Of a DNA stretch of 64,000 nucleotides, positions 1-14,659 are shown piece by piece. The stretch's first letter is position 1. The number at the start of each line of letters is the position of its first letter. The notes under the pieces were generated by a model, which had not been told where the DNA came from, made no database searches, and was given only the letters and a program-made list of their open reading frames with translations. The stretch comes from Rhizophagus irregularis. Taxonomy: Eukaryota. The translations under genes and the position numbers were made by a program. Location: assembly GCF_026210795.1 (NCBI RefSeq), contig NC_089429.1, positions 7,068,001 to 7,132,000 on the forward strand, given 5' to 3'.

Positions 1-595
1 ATTTCTAATAAAGTTGTACTAAGATTTTCATCATCTAAATTCTCTTCAAATCTTCAAAATTTATTGCCATAAAATTTAAAATTGGTTTTTTTAACATAAT
101 TTCTGATACATTTGAGATTGTTAATTCGTCTGTAAGATCCTTTGGAATAGGTTCAGGATAATATGTTTTAGAAATGTCGCTTTCATTATATTTAATGTTA
201 TCAAGACATAAATTTAACGATTAGAAAAAGAAAACTAAGTGTGAAATAGAAATACCATTATCAATATGAGTACCAGGAGGTATAACAAAGCTTCTACTAT
301 AAAGTTCAGTGATTTGATTATCATTTCTAAGTATAAATATTTGCCAAAACATATTATTTATACCAAAAATAGGGCTATAATAATCTTCTTCTATTTCAAG
401 AGATTTAGGTAAATTTACTTGATAAATTAATCTTGGAGTTATTTGAGACATTTTTTTTTTCTTTGGAATTTTTAGATTAATCCAAAAAGGCTCTTCATAA
501 CAAGCATTTTGTGAAGGCCTGTCAATAGAAAAGCAATTTACTAATTTATTCCGTGTTTTATCGCTCCATGTTACTTCCGTAAATATATCAATCAT
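1..595 (-). pseudogene. Probable disrupted gene, possibly MATH/BTB-type; runs off the window edge
   Basis: ORF 221-595 (YYSPIFGINNMFWQIFIL) continues after a frame break as ...LDNIKYNESDISKTYYPEPIPKDLTDEL...LKKPILNFMAINFEDL. The family guess rests on remembered motif resemblance only. Confidence 0.3.
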
Positions 596-1039
596 ATTCC
601 AGCCTCAAAACGTGAAATTATCCAAGTTCAGTTGCTTGGTATTCACGGTTGATCTGCGGTTTTTTTTTGAACAGGACTTATTGCCAAATATTGATTTGCA
701 GAATTTTGGGCGGAATTAAAAATGTCATGAAACTCCGCCCGCACTAATGCTGGTGCGGTGATGATCACCACACCGTGATTTTTGACATTTTCTACAAGAG
801 AAATATGTATGCCATAACATTTATTAAATTACTTTTATCTTTCGTAATTTTGATACAAGCATTTCAGCTTCGGGTAAAATTTACCTTGGTCAATAAGTTA
901 TAATATTTTATAAACTTAATATAAGTTCTTCTATAAATTAGCTCTAATTTCCTTGTGGGCTTATTATTAATGTGGGCTGTGTTTACCACAAAATTTTAAA
1001 AAAAATTTGGACAAATTCAATTTGAACAAACATGAGAAG

Positions 1040-1799
1040 TAGAGCTGCGACCCGTCAGAATTTCTGGATCCGGATACCCCAATCAAAAAAAGTATTACCC
1101 GACTTCATAACGGGTATTACCCATTTACCTCTTTATCAGATATGACTCGAGTAATATTCGGGTATTACCCGGATAAATATCAATTCTTTTTCACAAATCA
1201 AAGATATTTATTGAATTTAAAAAACTTTGATATTGTTTAAACTTGAAAAATAAAAAATTATCAAATAAGTGTTGTTAAAGTCGCCAGTAGTGGTCAACAC
1301 ACCACTTAATTCTGGCCGAATATAATAATTTTGGCCAGATTTACAGCTATTTGCGAAAATAACGGACCAGTCGGCCATCTAATTCATCTTTTGACTGCGT
1401 ATTCATACGCAGTCATACGCATGGTAATACCTGCCCGGACCGTCAAACTCATTTTTTTAAGTTATATCACAATAATTCTAACAGTTTACTTTGTGTTTAT
1501 GACTGCGTATGAAATTTTTAAGAATTTCATTCGGCCAAGCAAAAATCCAAATGAACCCTTAATTCTGACCGGCATTAAATTATGGCCAGAGTTAACATCT
1601 TAACTCTGGCAAATTTTAATTTCGATTGGAGTAATTGCCCCGGGTAATACTCGAGTATATGTGCATCAACACAAAAAGGATACAAAACTGGTATTACCCA
1701 TTTTTACCCATTTGCTATTCCATGACCCAGATACTCATAAATACTCGAGTATACCCGGATTGTATCCGGGTAAACGGGTAATGGGTCGCAGTTTCTTAA
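1040..1799. mobile_element. hAT-like non-autonomous element (MITE) with a possible nested element at ~1275-1620
   Basis: Ends TAGAGCTGCGACCC / GGGTCGCAGTTTCTTA; many subterminal TACCCG/CGGGTA motifs; near-8-bp TSD ATGAGAAG (1032) / TTGAGAAG (1800). Confidence 0.6.
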
Positions 1800-2496
1800 T
1801 TGAGAAGGAATGCTGATGTGGCTTTTAAAGTGGCTTTGCACAGCAGCCTTTGTAACACTTGACTTTAATCATGCAACGATTGCAACATATGTACGTCATA
1901 AAATCTAATCTAAGGTAACGCCACATCATGTATCAAAAAAACGTCCGATATAAATTATACGTTTAAAACCTACTGTGAGAGACTTGAGAGTAAGCCTCGA
2001 TGATGATGAAATGATACAAAAAAAGTTGTCGAAATCACAAATTTTTTTTTATTTGGAGTAGCTTTATTTGATTGGATATTCGTATCAATTTTTATGAGAG
2101 AAAAATAAATATTTCTCTTTAAAATTACGTCAAATTGGCATTAATTTGTTTTATTTAATCTGGCAAAATTCACGAACGAACTAATATTACGATGTTACAC
2201 ACAGCACAATTAAAGAGAACAAGAATTTTATATAAAAGGGAAAACGAGATATTATTTAGTCGATAGAAATTTTTCGATAAGTAGATAGATACGAGTGATA
2301 AAAAAATACGATAATGTAAATAATTAATAAACGAATTAATAACTTTTATAAACTTAAAAGTTCTAAAATATCGATTTTCACAATTCACACTTAGAAATTT
2401 TTTTTTTTTTCATATACAAATATAAAAAGGTTTTTTTTTAAAAGAAAATTCTTATAATAAAAAAAAATAACGCCAAGCAGTGTAAAAAATCTCGGT

Positions 2497-2658
2497 CACT
2501 GGAAGATAAGGGATGTTGCATATTCCTATCGCCATCCTTCTGAACTTGCCCCGTTAGAAGAGCCAGAAACTAGTCTTCCGATATATAAACTGTATATTGA
2601 CCTTTATTATAATGATTCCGGGACCTTTCGTAATGTTTATAATTCGTTAGGCGGGGTA
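2497..2658 (+). pseudogene. Fragment of a CACTA/Plavaka-like transposase
   Basis: Translates to HWKIRDVAYSYRHPSELAPLEEPETSLPIYKLYIDLYYNDSGTFRNVYNSLGGV, resembling the D-x-F-x-x-F...S-x-G-x-x-Y motif of EnSpm-like fungal transposases. No start or full ORF. Confidence 0.45.
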
Positions 2659-2925
2659 AGAAAATACCGGAAAAAATCCGGTTCAGTGAATATATTCCAG
2701 TAGATTTTATACGCTGCTGCCAAGCAATAAAATCTTAATCTTAATTGGACGGTAGAAGTTAATGGTTTCTTGCTTTAAATTTTTGATTTTCGGCGCAGGC
2801 GGCACGAGCGGTTTTGTAAATGTAAATGAAAAGTGTGTCATTAAATGTTATGAAAAGAGTATGTGTCATGAAAAGAGTGTGTCATGAAAGAGTGTTTTGT
2901 CATTTTTTTTTTTTTTGTATATAAT

Positions 2926-3220
2926 TAGAAATCGGGAGAATTAAAAAAGTCATTAAATTTATCATTAAAAATTTTTTTTTTTTTATAGTTAGAAATCGGG
3001 AGAATTTAAAATGTCATTAAATTTATCATAAAATTTTTTTTTTTTTATAGTTAGAAATCGGGAGAATTAAAAAAGTCATTAAATTTATCATTAAAAAATT
3101 TTTTTTTTTTTATAGTTAGAAATCGGGAGAATTTAAAATGTCATTAAATTTATCATAAATTTTTTTTTTTTATATAGTTAGAAATCGGGAGAATCAAATA
3201 AGTCATTAAATCATTAAATT
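2926..3220. repeat. Tandem repeat, ~62-65 bp unit x5, alternating A/B variants
   Basis: TAGAAATCGGGAGAA starts at 2926, 2990, 3052, 3117 and 3179. Confidence 0.9.
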
Positions 3221-3699
3221 TTTTTTTATTTTTTTTATTTTTTTGTATTTAAAATTTAGAAAAATTAAAAAATTTGAATACTTTTTATAACAATTCTTAC
3301 AATTGCGTAATATATTACATCATAAAAATTGTGTATACGCTTTTCCTAAAGATATTTAACAGCTTAATATCTGTGTCTCAAATTTTTGAATTATTAGACC
3401 AGTACTTTTGTGTTTATTTTATCATGCAATTGGTTCGAGGTTGTAGCTTAGCGGAGTTTACTTTTTTAAAAGGAGAGCGTGTTACCGTTATTTAATTATT
3501 TACAAATAAAAAGTAATATGATCATAACTTTTCACAATTTTTATTTGATGTCGGAAAAACTCAAAATTACAAATTACACAAACAATAAACAAATCTTTTT
3601 TTAGACCAAATTCAATTTAGCAATTAATTATTAAATATTTATGGATTTTAGGAAGTTACCCGAATAACACAAATAATAATATTATTTATACTGTATACA

Positions 3700-3881
3700 C
3701 AGTAAAATTCGATATAATTGTACCATCTGTTCCATTAATAAAATTTGTCAAAAATCCGTTATATCAAGAATTCCGTTATATCGAGGATATAGTTATGATA
3801 ATCCGTTCCAGACTTCCGATATATATCAAGATTTTACTTATAATACATTATATCGAGGTTTCGGTATATAGAATTTCATTG
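3700..3881. mobile_element. Degenerate pogo/Tigger-like MITE
   Basis: Starts CAGTAAAATTCGATATAA, has repeated CGTTATATCGAG-like motifs, and ends TATATAGAATTTCATTG. Confidence 0.35.
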
Positions 3882-5949
3882 TTTATTAAAATATTCCAGT
3901 TTAAATTAGGTATTGTTCTTCCGTGAGAAAATAAAAATTTTAATTTAACCATATTTCTGAAACGATTGGTTTCATGTTTAATATCACGATAAAGATTATG
4001 TTCAACATTTCTATAATTATCTATTGTAAAATTACCTTGTTAAATGAAATACAAATTTGGTTTTATTATTACTTTTTATTGTATTGTTTAAATATTATCT
4101 ATATTTTTGATTTATAATCATCTTTTTGATTAATAATATAGAGATTAAAAAATTATTCATAATGTTTACGATTCGGATATTCTTTATCCGGTTTGAAAAA
4201 ATATGGATGAATTTGGATGACAATAAATTCTATTGTTATTAAAAATAATTATATATTTAATTTAATTTGAACATTTTTTTTTTTGTACGTGTTTTATAAA
4301 TTAACAAAAATCCAAAGTTCTGAAATGAAATAGAAAAGGAAGTAGCACATTGAGATAAGATATCCGGTGCAACGTTATGTTTAACTCCTTAAAATTTGAG
4401 ATGAAGGGGAAATTTAAATAATGAACTCGAACATATAGCAAGCAATAAATTATGGCCAGGAAAATACTTTTTAAGGGACCCTATAAAAAATATTGTCCAA
4501 ACACTGTTCGGTTTTTTGTTCGGAAAATCGACCCCGTTCCGAACATTCATCATGATATTGTACGTTTTTTATGTAGGTAAAAATTCTCAATCTCCGCATC
4601 TTGTATTACTGTAAATTGTAAAATCTTCTAAGCATAATTCTTTTGAACTTATATCAAAGATTATCATAAACGTAATTAAAAATTAAAGCTTATAGAACCA
4701 CCATTATTAAGGCGTTTAACTCTCCGACAATTACTTCACCGACAATCATTTCATCGACAAACGTTTCACCGGCATATATATAAAAAATTAAATATAAAAA
4801 TTTTATAAATATTTTTACATATATCTTTATCTGAAATGGGGGAATTTTTTTTTGTTAGTAACACATATTTTTTTGTTAGATTTAATAAAATATAAAAAAA
4901 CTACTACTATAGAGAAGTTGTTGATTTCCTTAGGAATAGCACATAATCTATCATTTTAGCTTAATTCTAAAAGTACTTTTCACGATAATTTATTTTTTTT
5001 AATTAATGTATTAATGTAACGCGCGAAATTTATAATAAATTACATATAAAAAAAATAAAAAAAACAAATACAATAGATATAACTATATGTTATTCTATCT
5101 ACTAACCCGTCTAAGATGAAAGTACTGAAAGTACTGTAAGTACTTATTAGATCTAAACTAGATATCTAAATAAAAAGTTTTTATAATAAATATCTCATAC
5201 TATTCAATATTTATTTTTTATGTGAAATGAACCAGACTAGTAGTTCCCCTTTCAAGTTTATTATAAGCAAGATTCTTCAGAAATATTTTATTGTCATTGT
5301 TACCATAATGGTACAATAGCAACTGAAAATTAAACGAGATGAGAAGATTACGTTAGGCCCTTTTTCTATGTAGGAATTATAATATTTATAATAAATCAGC
5401 AAATTTGAAACGTTATTTAATTTCGTTGGAAAAAAGCAAGAAATTACTTATTTTTGCCATTTGTTTTGGGTTAATTTTTTTAATAAAAATTTTTATTTAC
5501 ATTAATTGATCTATTATTTGGCAATTTATTTAGTACTTATTACTAAAGTATTACATCTTCGTTATTATAAATCTAAAAAGTATTTGCTTAAACGGAAACT
5601 CGTAATTATAAATCACATGTTACAAGTAAATACAAATTACAAAAGATATAAAAGGAAATAAGCAGGGTAGTCTGGTGGAAAATTACATGGGTTATAGTCG
5701 CTCAATAATGTCTATAATGGTTAAAAAATTTCATGGATTTTGCAATTTCAGTTATTAATTATAAATTAATTAACCAAATTTTAACAATTTTAAATTTTTT
5801 ACCTTTAAAATAACTAATATTATTTTTAATTACATTAACCTAATTTTTTTTTTATTTGATAGATATTCATGTCTTAATTATTTTCGAAACCATACTTCTA
5901 TATATTAGCATTTGCACGCACCGTGTAAAAAGACTAATTTATTTATATC

Positions 5950-8450
5950 TCAATGTGTAGGTTTTGTGTTGTGTGGTAATTCAGGGTAATTCCCATGATT
6001 TGAATGCTTGGTACGTCCACTCAAGTTATTTATTTGTGTAAGATCGTGAATAAATTGTTTGATGTATTCTATGAGTAAAGGATCTCGTATTGATCGTTTT
6101 CCTATATATAAGTTATAGAATAGCTAGTTAATTCTGGCGGTATTAAATTGTGGAAGAGGAGCATACAAAGGTGAGTGATAGGGAGACCATTAGGGGAATT
6201 GGTGTCCTTCTTAACATTGAAAAGCGGTGATATATTGACGCGATCAGCGATGTCGTGAGTAAATCCTGTAGCGTTGTCCGTTAATAGTGTTATTAGTGTC
6301 TTGATGTCTTTGTAGTACTGCTTTGATGTTGTTGTAGTGTTGAGGCATAAACCCACGTGAAGGTTTGAATCGTTGGCTAGTTTGCATTCCACACATGGTA
6401 TGGGTCCCGTTGGATAAAGTTTAGGATAATTTTTTTGTAAAATGTCCGCCGTCGGGTAGATAAAGTTTGATTTTTTGGTTTTAGTTCCTTGAATGCGTGA
6501 TAATTTGTCGCCAGTAGGAGAATCTGTAGGAATGTAGTTGAGTCATTCAGTTGTTTAGTATATGTCCAATCCACTTGTCCATCTAATATACAGTATGTTG
6601 TTCCATAGGTTTGAGAGTCGAATTATTAATTAGAGAGTTAAATATATATACATGCTCTTATACTCCATTGTCGGATATTCTGATCGATTACTGTATGTAT
6701 ATATTGTTCCATTGTATGAACCTAGTGAAGTAGCGTTGATTAATTTGAAGTTTACCATGATGTCTTCGAGTAAAGCACCTGCTGATGCTAATTTATCTGC
6801 TCCCTCGTTATATTTGATATTAGAGTGGGCTTTAACTTTTTTCAACGTTATGTAGTATATATGGCTACATTCGAGAAGCCAAAAAATTAAGTCCTAAATT
6901 AAAAAATTTTTGTTGTTTGTTTTTTTTGGGGGAATTAATCACAGGCGATTTTAATCTTTTCTCGTTGGTAAAGATGCAGTTCATTGAATCGGTGAAAATG
7001 GTGCAATTGCTATTAAAAGGAAGTGTAATAATATCTGTCAAGATTCCTATAGCTTCACTTTTCGTTGATGATGGAAAGGAAACAGTTGATCCTTCAAAGC
7101 AAGTTTAGGTGTATTAGGGTGAGTTTGGATCCAACCGTAACCACTTGTACATTGTTGTGTTCCTATTTGTTTGACTGAACCATCCGTGTAAAAATGGAAG
7201 TTAGAGTAGTCATTAAATTTCTGTGCTAGGGTAATTAATTTAATATTGATAGAATCTTTGCAGATAAGAGCGTGATTGATTTATTGAATGGTAAGTTAAA
7301 GGTTGCGTGAGACATCGGTGTGGGATAAGTTAGTGGGTTGAACATGAATAGGGAGTTTACAGTTAGAGAATAACCTTCGCAAGGTATAAGTATTAAGGGC
7401 TGTCGCCGCAGTGTTAAAGAAGGATCGTGTAGTGAGGTGTCAGAAGTGCCGTGGGTATATAATGTTCTAAATTAGTTACAGAATTATGAATCTTGCGATA
7501 ACTTTTTTCCAAAAATCACCGTCTTCAGTTGATTGTTCCAGTGTAATGTCCATTTCCGATTTGGGAGTACTGTCACAATTTTAGGTGCTTTGTGTGTACG
7601 ATTAATTATTGAGATTGAATCTTTAATCGGGTATGATAAACGTCGGTAGTCTAAATTAAGTTGTTGCGTTTTGCTTCTTCCCATGTCAATAAATATTGGC
7701 CATCCGGCGTGGTAATTTGATCCATAAACATAATGTTTTTCTTCTTTAAAGATTTTAGGTCTTCGTTAGATAAATGTTCTAAATAATCGCGTATGGGAGT
7801 ATTTCCATCTATTTTATTAACGCGAGACTTTTTGTTAAATATGAAGGTTTGATAATGGTAGAAGAGTAGTTGTTAATGTTTGTGGATAGTAGGATACCAT
7901 GTCTCACGTTGGAGAATATCTAATTTTTGTAATGCGATAGGACGTAATAAAGGGGTGTTGAATAGTGCTGAAAGTATGTTTAATTGTGATTTAATTTGAA
8001 TATCAAAAAAATTGTTGATGGACGTAAATTGGTGTAAATTATATTATCTGCTGTATTAACAGGAATGTGAAATCTAGCTTTAAAAAATTTTTTGAGAGGA
8101 GCCAATAGAATTTGAATTGTGTATAATTAAGAATATTTGATGTGTTTTCATTGTTGATAGTGTGAGTATACTATATTTTTGGCGTTTATATACAGGTCGA
8201 GTATTCATTCTCCTTTTTTGTTTGAAGATATCTCTGCATTAACAGGTTTGTCGTTGATAATTAATTCTATGGTATGTGAATTTAATTTCTGATTAATTTT
8301 TGTGAAAGTTCGCGATTGGTTGATCTGTTCTTTTGACGACGCAAACCATGTAGTGTCGTTCAAATAACTGTAAAAGATGCATCGTAAGTATGTTCAACAT
8401 CGTCACTCTTGTGTAAGATATTTTTAATTCGTCTAGTCTTACTGATAATG
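5950..8450 (-). mobile_element. Decayed non-LTR retrotransposon (LINE) ORF2: RT + RNase H remnant
   Basis: Minus-strand motifs in the expected order: SYLNDTTWFASS (~8335-8370, degenerate YxDD), FHFYTDGSVK (~7170-7200), CTIFTDSMNCI (~6970-7006), KVKAHSNIKYNEGADKLA (~6785-6842, RNase H), DPYHVW (~6390-6408). Many stops and frameshifts. Confidence 0.8.
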
Positions 8451-10912
8451 TAACTCATTCATCCGATATCACGTGATTTAAATTGTATATCAGGCGAAAA
8501 TACGATCTTAATATAAAAAAAAGTAAATGTTACAATGTATAAATATATTTCGAATAATCATATATCATTACTTACTGGTAGGTTTTTAAATATTTTGCCT
8601 TTAAGACAAGTTTGTATTTATTATTATGTTATTGTTTGTATTTTTTTGTTATATTCGCCAATACATTTGCCGTTTCCTATCATCAAATGTCAAATAATTT
8701 TACTTAAATAACTTAAATAAAATAGATTGAATCTACTTCTGCAAATCACTGATCGAGTGTGCAGGCAGATAATCATTTACGTGATTTGTAATGAATGAAA
8801 ATAACCTCCGACTTAACCCAAATGTATCGTTTACTATCTAAAAGCACGTGATAAGACTTCAAGTCATCAGTCATCATAAGTATTGCTGTTGAAAATTTTC
8901 GTAATGCTATCTCCTCTATAAAGTTTTTATAAAAAAGAATTAATAATAATAATAATTCAATAATAATAATAAACAAATGAATTTTCTTACCTAAATTAAT
9001 GAGAAAATATTAATTTCTTTTTAAAAAATAAAAATGAAATTTCGAAAATTTTGTTTTCTTATAATTGAATTAATTCAGGCGACATTGTTAATAAAGTCAA
9101 AATCTTGTTGTCTTTAAGCTTTCTAGAATCCATAAATAGACGCTTGTCAATTTTACGCTCGCAAGGTCTAAAAAAATCAAAAAAATTAGCCGTAAATTAT
9201 ATAATGAATAAAAGAATAACTTTCACGAGTAATTATCAAAATGACTTGCCAGATATGTTAATAACCATAACCATAAATTTGAAAATGTTTAAATCACATA
9301 CAAAAAGGATTGGTAACTAGACAATTCAGAAAACTAAATTAAATAATGATAAGAATAAAGTATGACATTTTGAGAATTAAATATCTCAAGAAATAAAATT
9401 GTTCATATTAACTCACCAAAATCAAAGAATAATTTATATAAGCCAAACATGTGAAATATATTGATTAAATCAGGGTTAAGAGCGAATTTTTTATTGAATT
9501 AATTAGTTGATTGCAAATAAGGATGGACGCCATCTATTTTAAACTGATAGAGCTGATAATTTCAAAATCATTATAACGATCCAAGATAAAAAAGGAAAAA
9601 TAGTGAGCGAAAAATAATTACATTGATGAATTTAGAACAAAAATACGGTATTAACCTTTGGATCGCTTCTTTTTATGATTCCAATTATTCTGAATGCACC
9701 GCCACGTGTATTGAATAAATTACATTATGCCGTTTCAATAATGAAAAGGAAATGGAAATCGGTAAGTAAAAAAACATATTACTAATAAATAGATATATAC
9801 CTTGCATTATTCCTTTACTAATAATAACTTTTTGAATAATGGAATGTAGTGAACATCGTATTAAAAGGTAGAATCTGGCGTCTCCACAAAAAGAAGAGGA
9901 AATAAAAGAATATAATTATCATTTAGAAATTCCAATTTCCAAACCAAAAAGAAGAATAAAATATCATAAGGCGAGTAGAAGGATAGTGAGATCCTAAACA
10001 GACTGGTTCCGAGTTGGTTCTAGAATCGATAGTATATTCTGAGCTTGGGAACATTAAAGACTATTCTAACGACTTATTGAACCAAAAATTAATGTGGTTA
10101 CAGACCGACCGTTACTTTTAATAACGAACGAATCAAGAATATTATTTGATTTACCGTTTTATCTTAGGAGCACGAGATATATTCGAAAGGGAACTGGAAG
10201 AATTTTCTTCATCCTCGATAAAAGTTGCTGTTAATTGTTCATTTCTCCTAAAAGAAATTATAAAAAAAGGATTTAAAAGTATATTAGGAACTGGTGATAA
10301 GCTAGTATCGTGATGACACAATTATAGATTAATAAATATTAATAGCAATAAAGTATAAAAGGATAAAGGAATAAAATAAGACGAATAGGGTTTCACTCAC
10401 CTTGTTACTATAGGCGGAATGATGATGTTTATTAACAGATATCAAATTTTGTAATACTATTTCGCATTCAGTGAAAATTATAAGATATCAATATCGTTAA
10501 ACTAAAAAAAAGAATAAAAGGAGTATAATTATAAAATTTCAAATAATACCTCAATGAATTATTAAAGTTTTAATACCCACTTTTAGTCTTGAAGTTCATA
10601 TTTTCAAAAAAAGACAATAACGAATATTGTTCAAGGAATTCTGTCTTTGCGTATGTTTCGATACGGATTAAACAAAACTGATTAAACAATTGTTGTGTTC
10701 TTTCATATATTCTCTGATATTATTGTCCTATATATGAGAAAAAAAGTCATCTTCAACGGGAGAGTAATCGTTTCTTTAATAAAACAAACAATAATTAATA
10801 CTAAAACACATATTTCTTACTTTTCTTATTTTTTTTACAAAAAAAAAAAGATAATACCAGTTTAAAAATTTTCCAACGAATTATATTTTTTTTCCATATA
10901 GTTATGCAATCT

Positions 10913-11128
10913 TTCAAGTTTTTATGAATAATTCATAAGCAACGATAAGAATATTATACGAACTATTGTCGGAACATTTACTTTTTTTCGTTTGACGCTT
11001 ATAAAATTTAAAGAAAAAAGTTCAAGTTTTTATGAATAATTAATAAGCAACGATAAGAATATTATCTGAGCTATGTCAGAACATTTTCTTTTTTTTCGTT
11101 TGACACTTATAAAAGTTAAGGAAAAAGT
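10913..11128. repeat. Tandem duplication of ~108 bp
   Basis: TTCAAGTTTTTATGAATAATT...AGCAACGATAAGAATATTAT...TTCGTTTGAC...GAAAAAG occurs twice head to tail. Confidence 0.85.
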
Positions 11129-14100
11129 TAAGATTTATTGAAAAAAAAAATATTATATGAACTTTCTAAATATAATAGTTTTATCGAAAAAAAAGATAAA
11201 AATTCTTTTCCGTAATAGAAATTCTATGAAAAGATTAAGATTAAAAAATTTAATAGCATATCAATTAATAAATTAGGTTAATATGTTAAACCTACTAGTT
11301 GGATTTTATATAAAATAATATTAATAACTCTTAATGTTTTGGTAATATAATTATTAATCACTTTCTTCGTGTTGCCTAAATATAGAAAACAATAATGAAA
11401 ATTAATTTAACAAAATAGGAATTGTGTTAAGTTTCTACTAGTTGAGCTAATTTTATTAACTTTAATCAAAATCCGTAAATCTAAGATGGCGCAATTACGG
11501 TAGATCGCATCAAATTCTTTGACAAAGAAATGTCACACAGCATAGATTTTTAAAATGGATTGACAAAAATAGTTTCATATAACACAAACATTTGTAAACA
11601 AACCACCCTTATAGTATGAGGTAATAATAATTTAAGTCCATTGTTCTTTAATGTTTTAAAACAAAAAGAAATTTACGCAGCATAAAAATAAAAAAAAACA
11701 ATAGAATTTTTTTATTTTTATCTTTCTATTCTTGTTATAATTAAATTAAATTTATTATGTTTATTGTTGTTTATTGTGGTTCTCTGGCGAGAATTTCCAT
11801 TCATTCCAATTTCATTCATTAATTAATTGACAGCATTTTTCATCTTAAAAATAACAATATTTAATTAACAATATTGAAAAAAATTTCGATTTGAAATTTT
11901 TGTGATTTTAAAATCATATATAATTGTGATAAATTCACGATTAGTTAAATATAAATCAAACGTTCGAAATGATTGAAATAAATTTTAGCGAATTTAACGG
12001 GTTTTTTTCTTCTCTTTCATATGAGATTATAAGTTGCATGATCTCTTTAAGAAAGGTAAATGAGCTGTGCATCTGAATCAATTTCGTAATGGCGATAATG
12101 GCAATGATCGATGTCAACCATTTTCGCGTCAATAAAGGAGAAGAATACAAAAAAAAAAAAAATTTATTAGGAAATTTCCATCTAATAATGGCATGATTAA
12201 CATAAGCGCGTTAATTTTTCCAAGATTTATGCTCAAAAAATATATAGTAATAAGAGCATACGTAATATAATAAATAAAGATTACGCATCATACTGTATAC
12301 AGTATATGCATTATTTTATCTCGTTGATATATCGTTGTAACACCAAATCGATAACATGAATGAATGTTTTAGATTTTGAGATTACAAAATTTCAACTTTG
12401 GTGTAAAAAGTTTTGAAAATAGGGACCACTTTCAAAACGCCAAAGAAAACCTGCTTAACTTTTTTATAAATGACTTTCTCATCCCGATAAATATTTATTG
12501 GTGTTGTGTATCACTATTTTTGCATAATTTAAATATGTGAACTCTATAAAGCTTTGTGTTTTCGTTGTTTAATTGCATAGAATTTGGTTAAAAAGAGTAT
12601 TAATTTGGATAACAGAATTCACAAAATTTGCAGCCATACTTTGAAACACCCTCAACTTAAAATTTTAATTAATCAAATTTAGTTAAGTAAATATAAGCTA
12701 ATCATTATATAATAAGATTATACGATAACGAATGAGATAATAACTAATATAAAACGATGAAAAAAAAAAATGAACAAATATGTTTCCGGTCCTAAAGACT
12801 GTGATTCAAGCGACAGCTGTTCGTGATATCGATAGATTTGATGTATTATAAATGGATGATATATAATTTAAGACATAACAATTAATTTCGCGTAAATTTT
12901 AATGTCTGATATTGCCTAGTATTGATAATTTCAAATAACTTGTTTCCAACAAGAAATCATATGAAATTATGAATCATATGATATATGATAAAGTGCCACA
13001 GATTAACCGGCTGTTTTTACATACAGTAGTACATTATAAATATATAAAGTTGGCCTACGTTCAGTTCGTGGTACCATTGACAACAAAAATTTATATTACA
13101 CGAATCAGGTTTTATTTATTTCAACTAAAATAAAATTTCCTAGGAATTTGTATAATTCCAATAATCTAATGTTTTGTTCCATCTGTTTATTGATCATCCA
13201 CATATTTTGGTTTGAAAGAGTAATATAATTATAACTGTATTGTAATCAATATATTAGTTTCTTAGTTTCATAATAAATGTATTGTGATTTTTAAAGTGCG
13301 CACAAGATATTAAATGGACTCTTTATCTTTGTCTTTAAGTTTAAAACGAAAAGAAGAGACAATATTTTAATATTTAAGAATTATATTTAATCAATAATAT
13401 ACTTTAATCATTTTATTGCTTAAAATGGACTGAAATTTGCTGTTATTCTTGTTTATTTGTACCATATGACTTTTTTTTTTAAAAAAAAAAGCCATAAAAT
13501 CATTGATTGTCAATCGTTAATATAAAATAGTACCAGCTTTTAACAACAATTTTACTTAAAAGAGAACAATTAATGAAATGAGTAAAAATATTTACATCAC
13601 AATCAATAAATCATGGGCACTTTTATTTATTTTTTTTTAAAAAAAAAAAGAAAAAGAAACAAAGAAATTGCTTGGTTTATTTACCACAAGCATTTCTGGT
13701 GTTACAACGTGTTACAATTTTGGCTTATCGTGATATCGTCGTGCAGAATAAATAAATATCTAATAAACTGTATATATGAATAAATGATATGTACAGAATA
13801 AAATAAATGTAATTTATAAGTATTTACTGTATTTATTCTCCCAAGTACATTTGATGACGATCAAGACATTTATTTACGATCAATTTGGTTATATCAGATA
13901 AGTTTGTATTTTTCTGAATGATAAATAATTCAATAATTGGTCCTTCTTTTTTTTTTTAAATAATAATATTGTTAAAATATCTAAAAGGATACATGCACTG
14001 TAGAATGTAAATATCGGCTATCCTATTTTATTTTTTAATGATTAGCATTTTATCCATTTTATCACAATAAAGAACGGTATGATAATTTGGACATAAACAA

Positions 14101-14659
14101 TAATTCGGATTTAGGGGCATATCGGATCTAAATCTCTACATCTGCAAACATAATATATAGGAAAGAATTCATTTTATGTTCTATTCAATTGATCAACTGA
14201 TTCGTTGTGCATGATAGATGATGTAGTTATAAACAAGTTATTGATAACCCTTTTATGTTGAATTATTTCAAACAACGGATCATTCCGGAAAATTATATCA
14301 AAATATGAAGCAAACAATTCTAAATTTCGAATATACAGATGATAACATTTAAATTGAACTACATATTTTCTTACAGTTTTAATATACAATCTAGATCTCA
14401 TACAAAGTAAGTTCCAAAATATGACTTTTATCCATCATTCACAAAAAATTTTCACATACACAAGCTTTTTAACTTCTATACCTGATTTGAGTTCTATCAT
14501 GCGCAACCATCTGTGTATTTTATAGTATTACAAATATTGTATGATTGTTTGATTGATATCTGCGAAAGAATTTGTAACTTTATCGGATTATGATATCAGT
14601 ATAAATAGAACGAGAATAAAATGTTTATATTTTCAAAATATTTAAGTTAATTTTTTAAC

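Noticed and set aside
2926..3220. CRISPR-like appearance of the regular repeats (also 46342-46522)
   Set aside because: The inter-repeat sequences are not unique spacers, there are no cas genes, and the context is eukaryotic.
4712..4775. TTCACCGAC-repeat stub (a similar stub lies at 45631-45670)
   Set aside because: Probably solo MULE TIR fragments; no partner end or TSD was found.
9950..11000. Possible minus-strand multi-exon gene
   Set aside because: Several splice-like sites, but no continuous frame or recognisable motif could be assembled.
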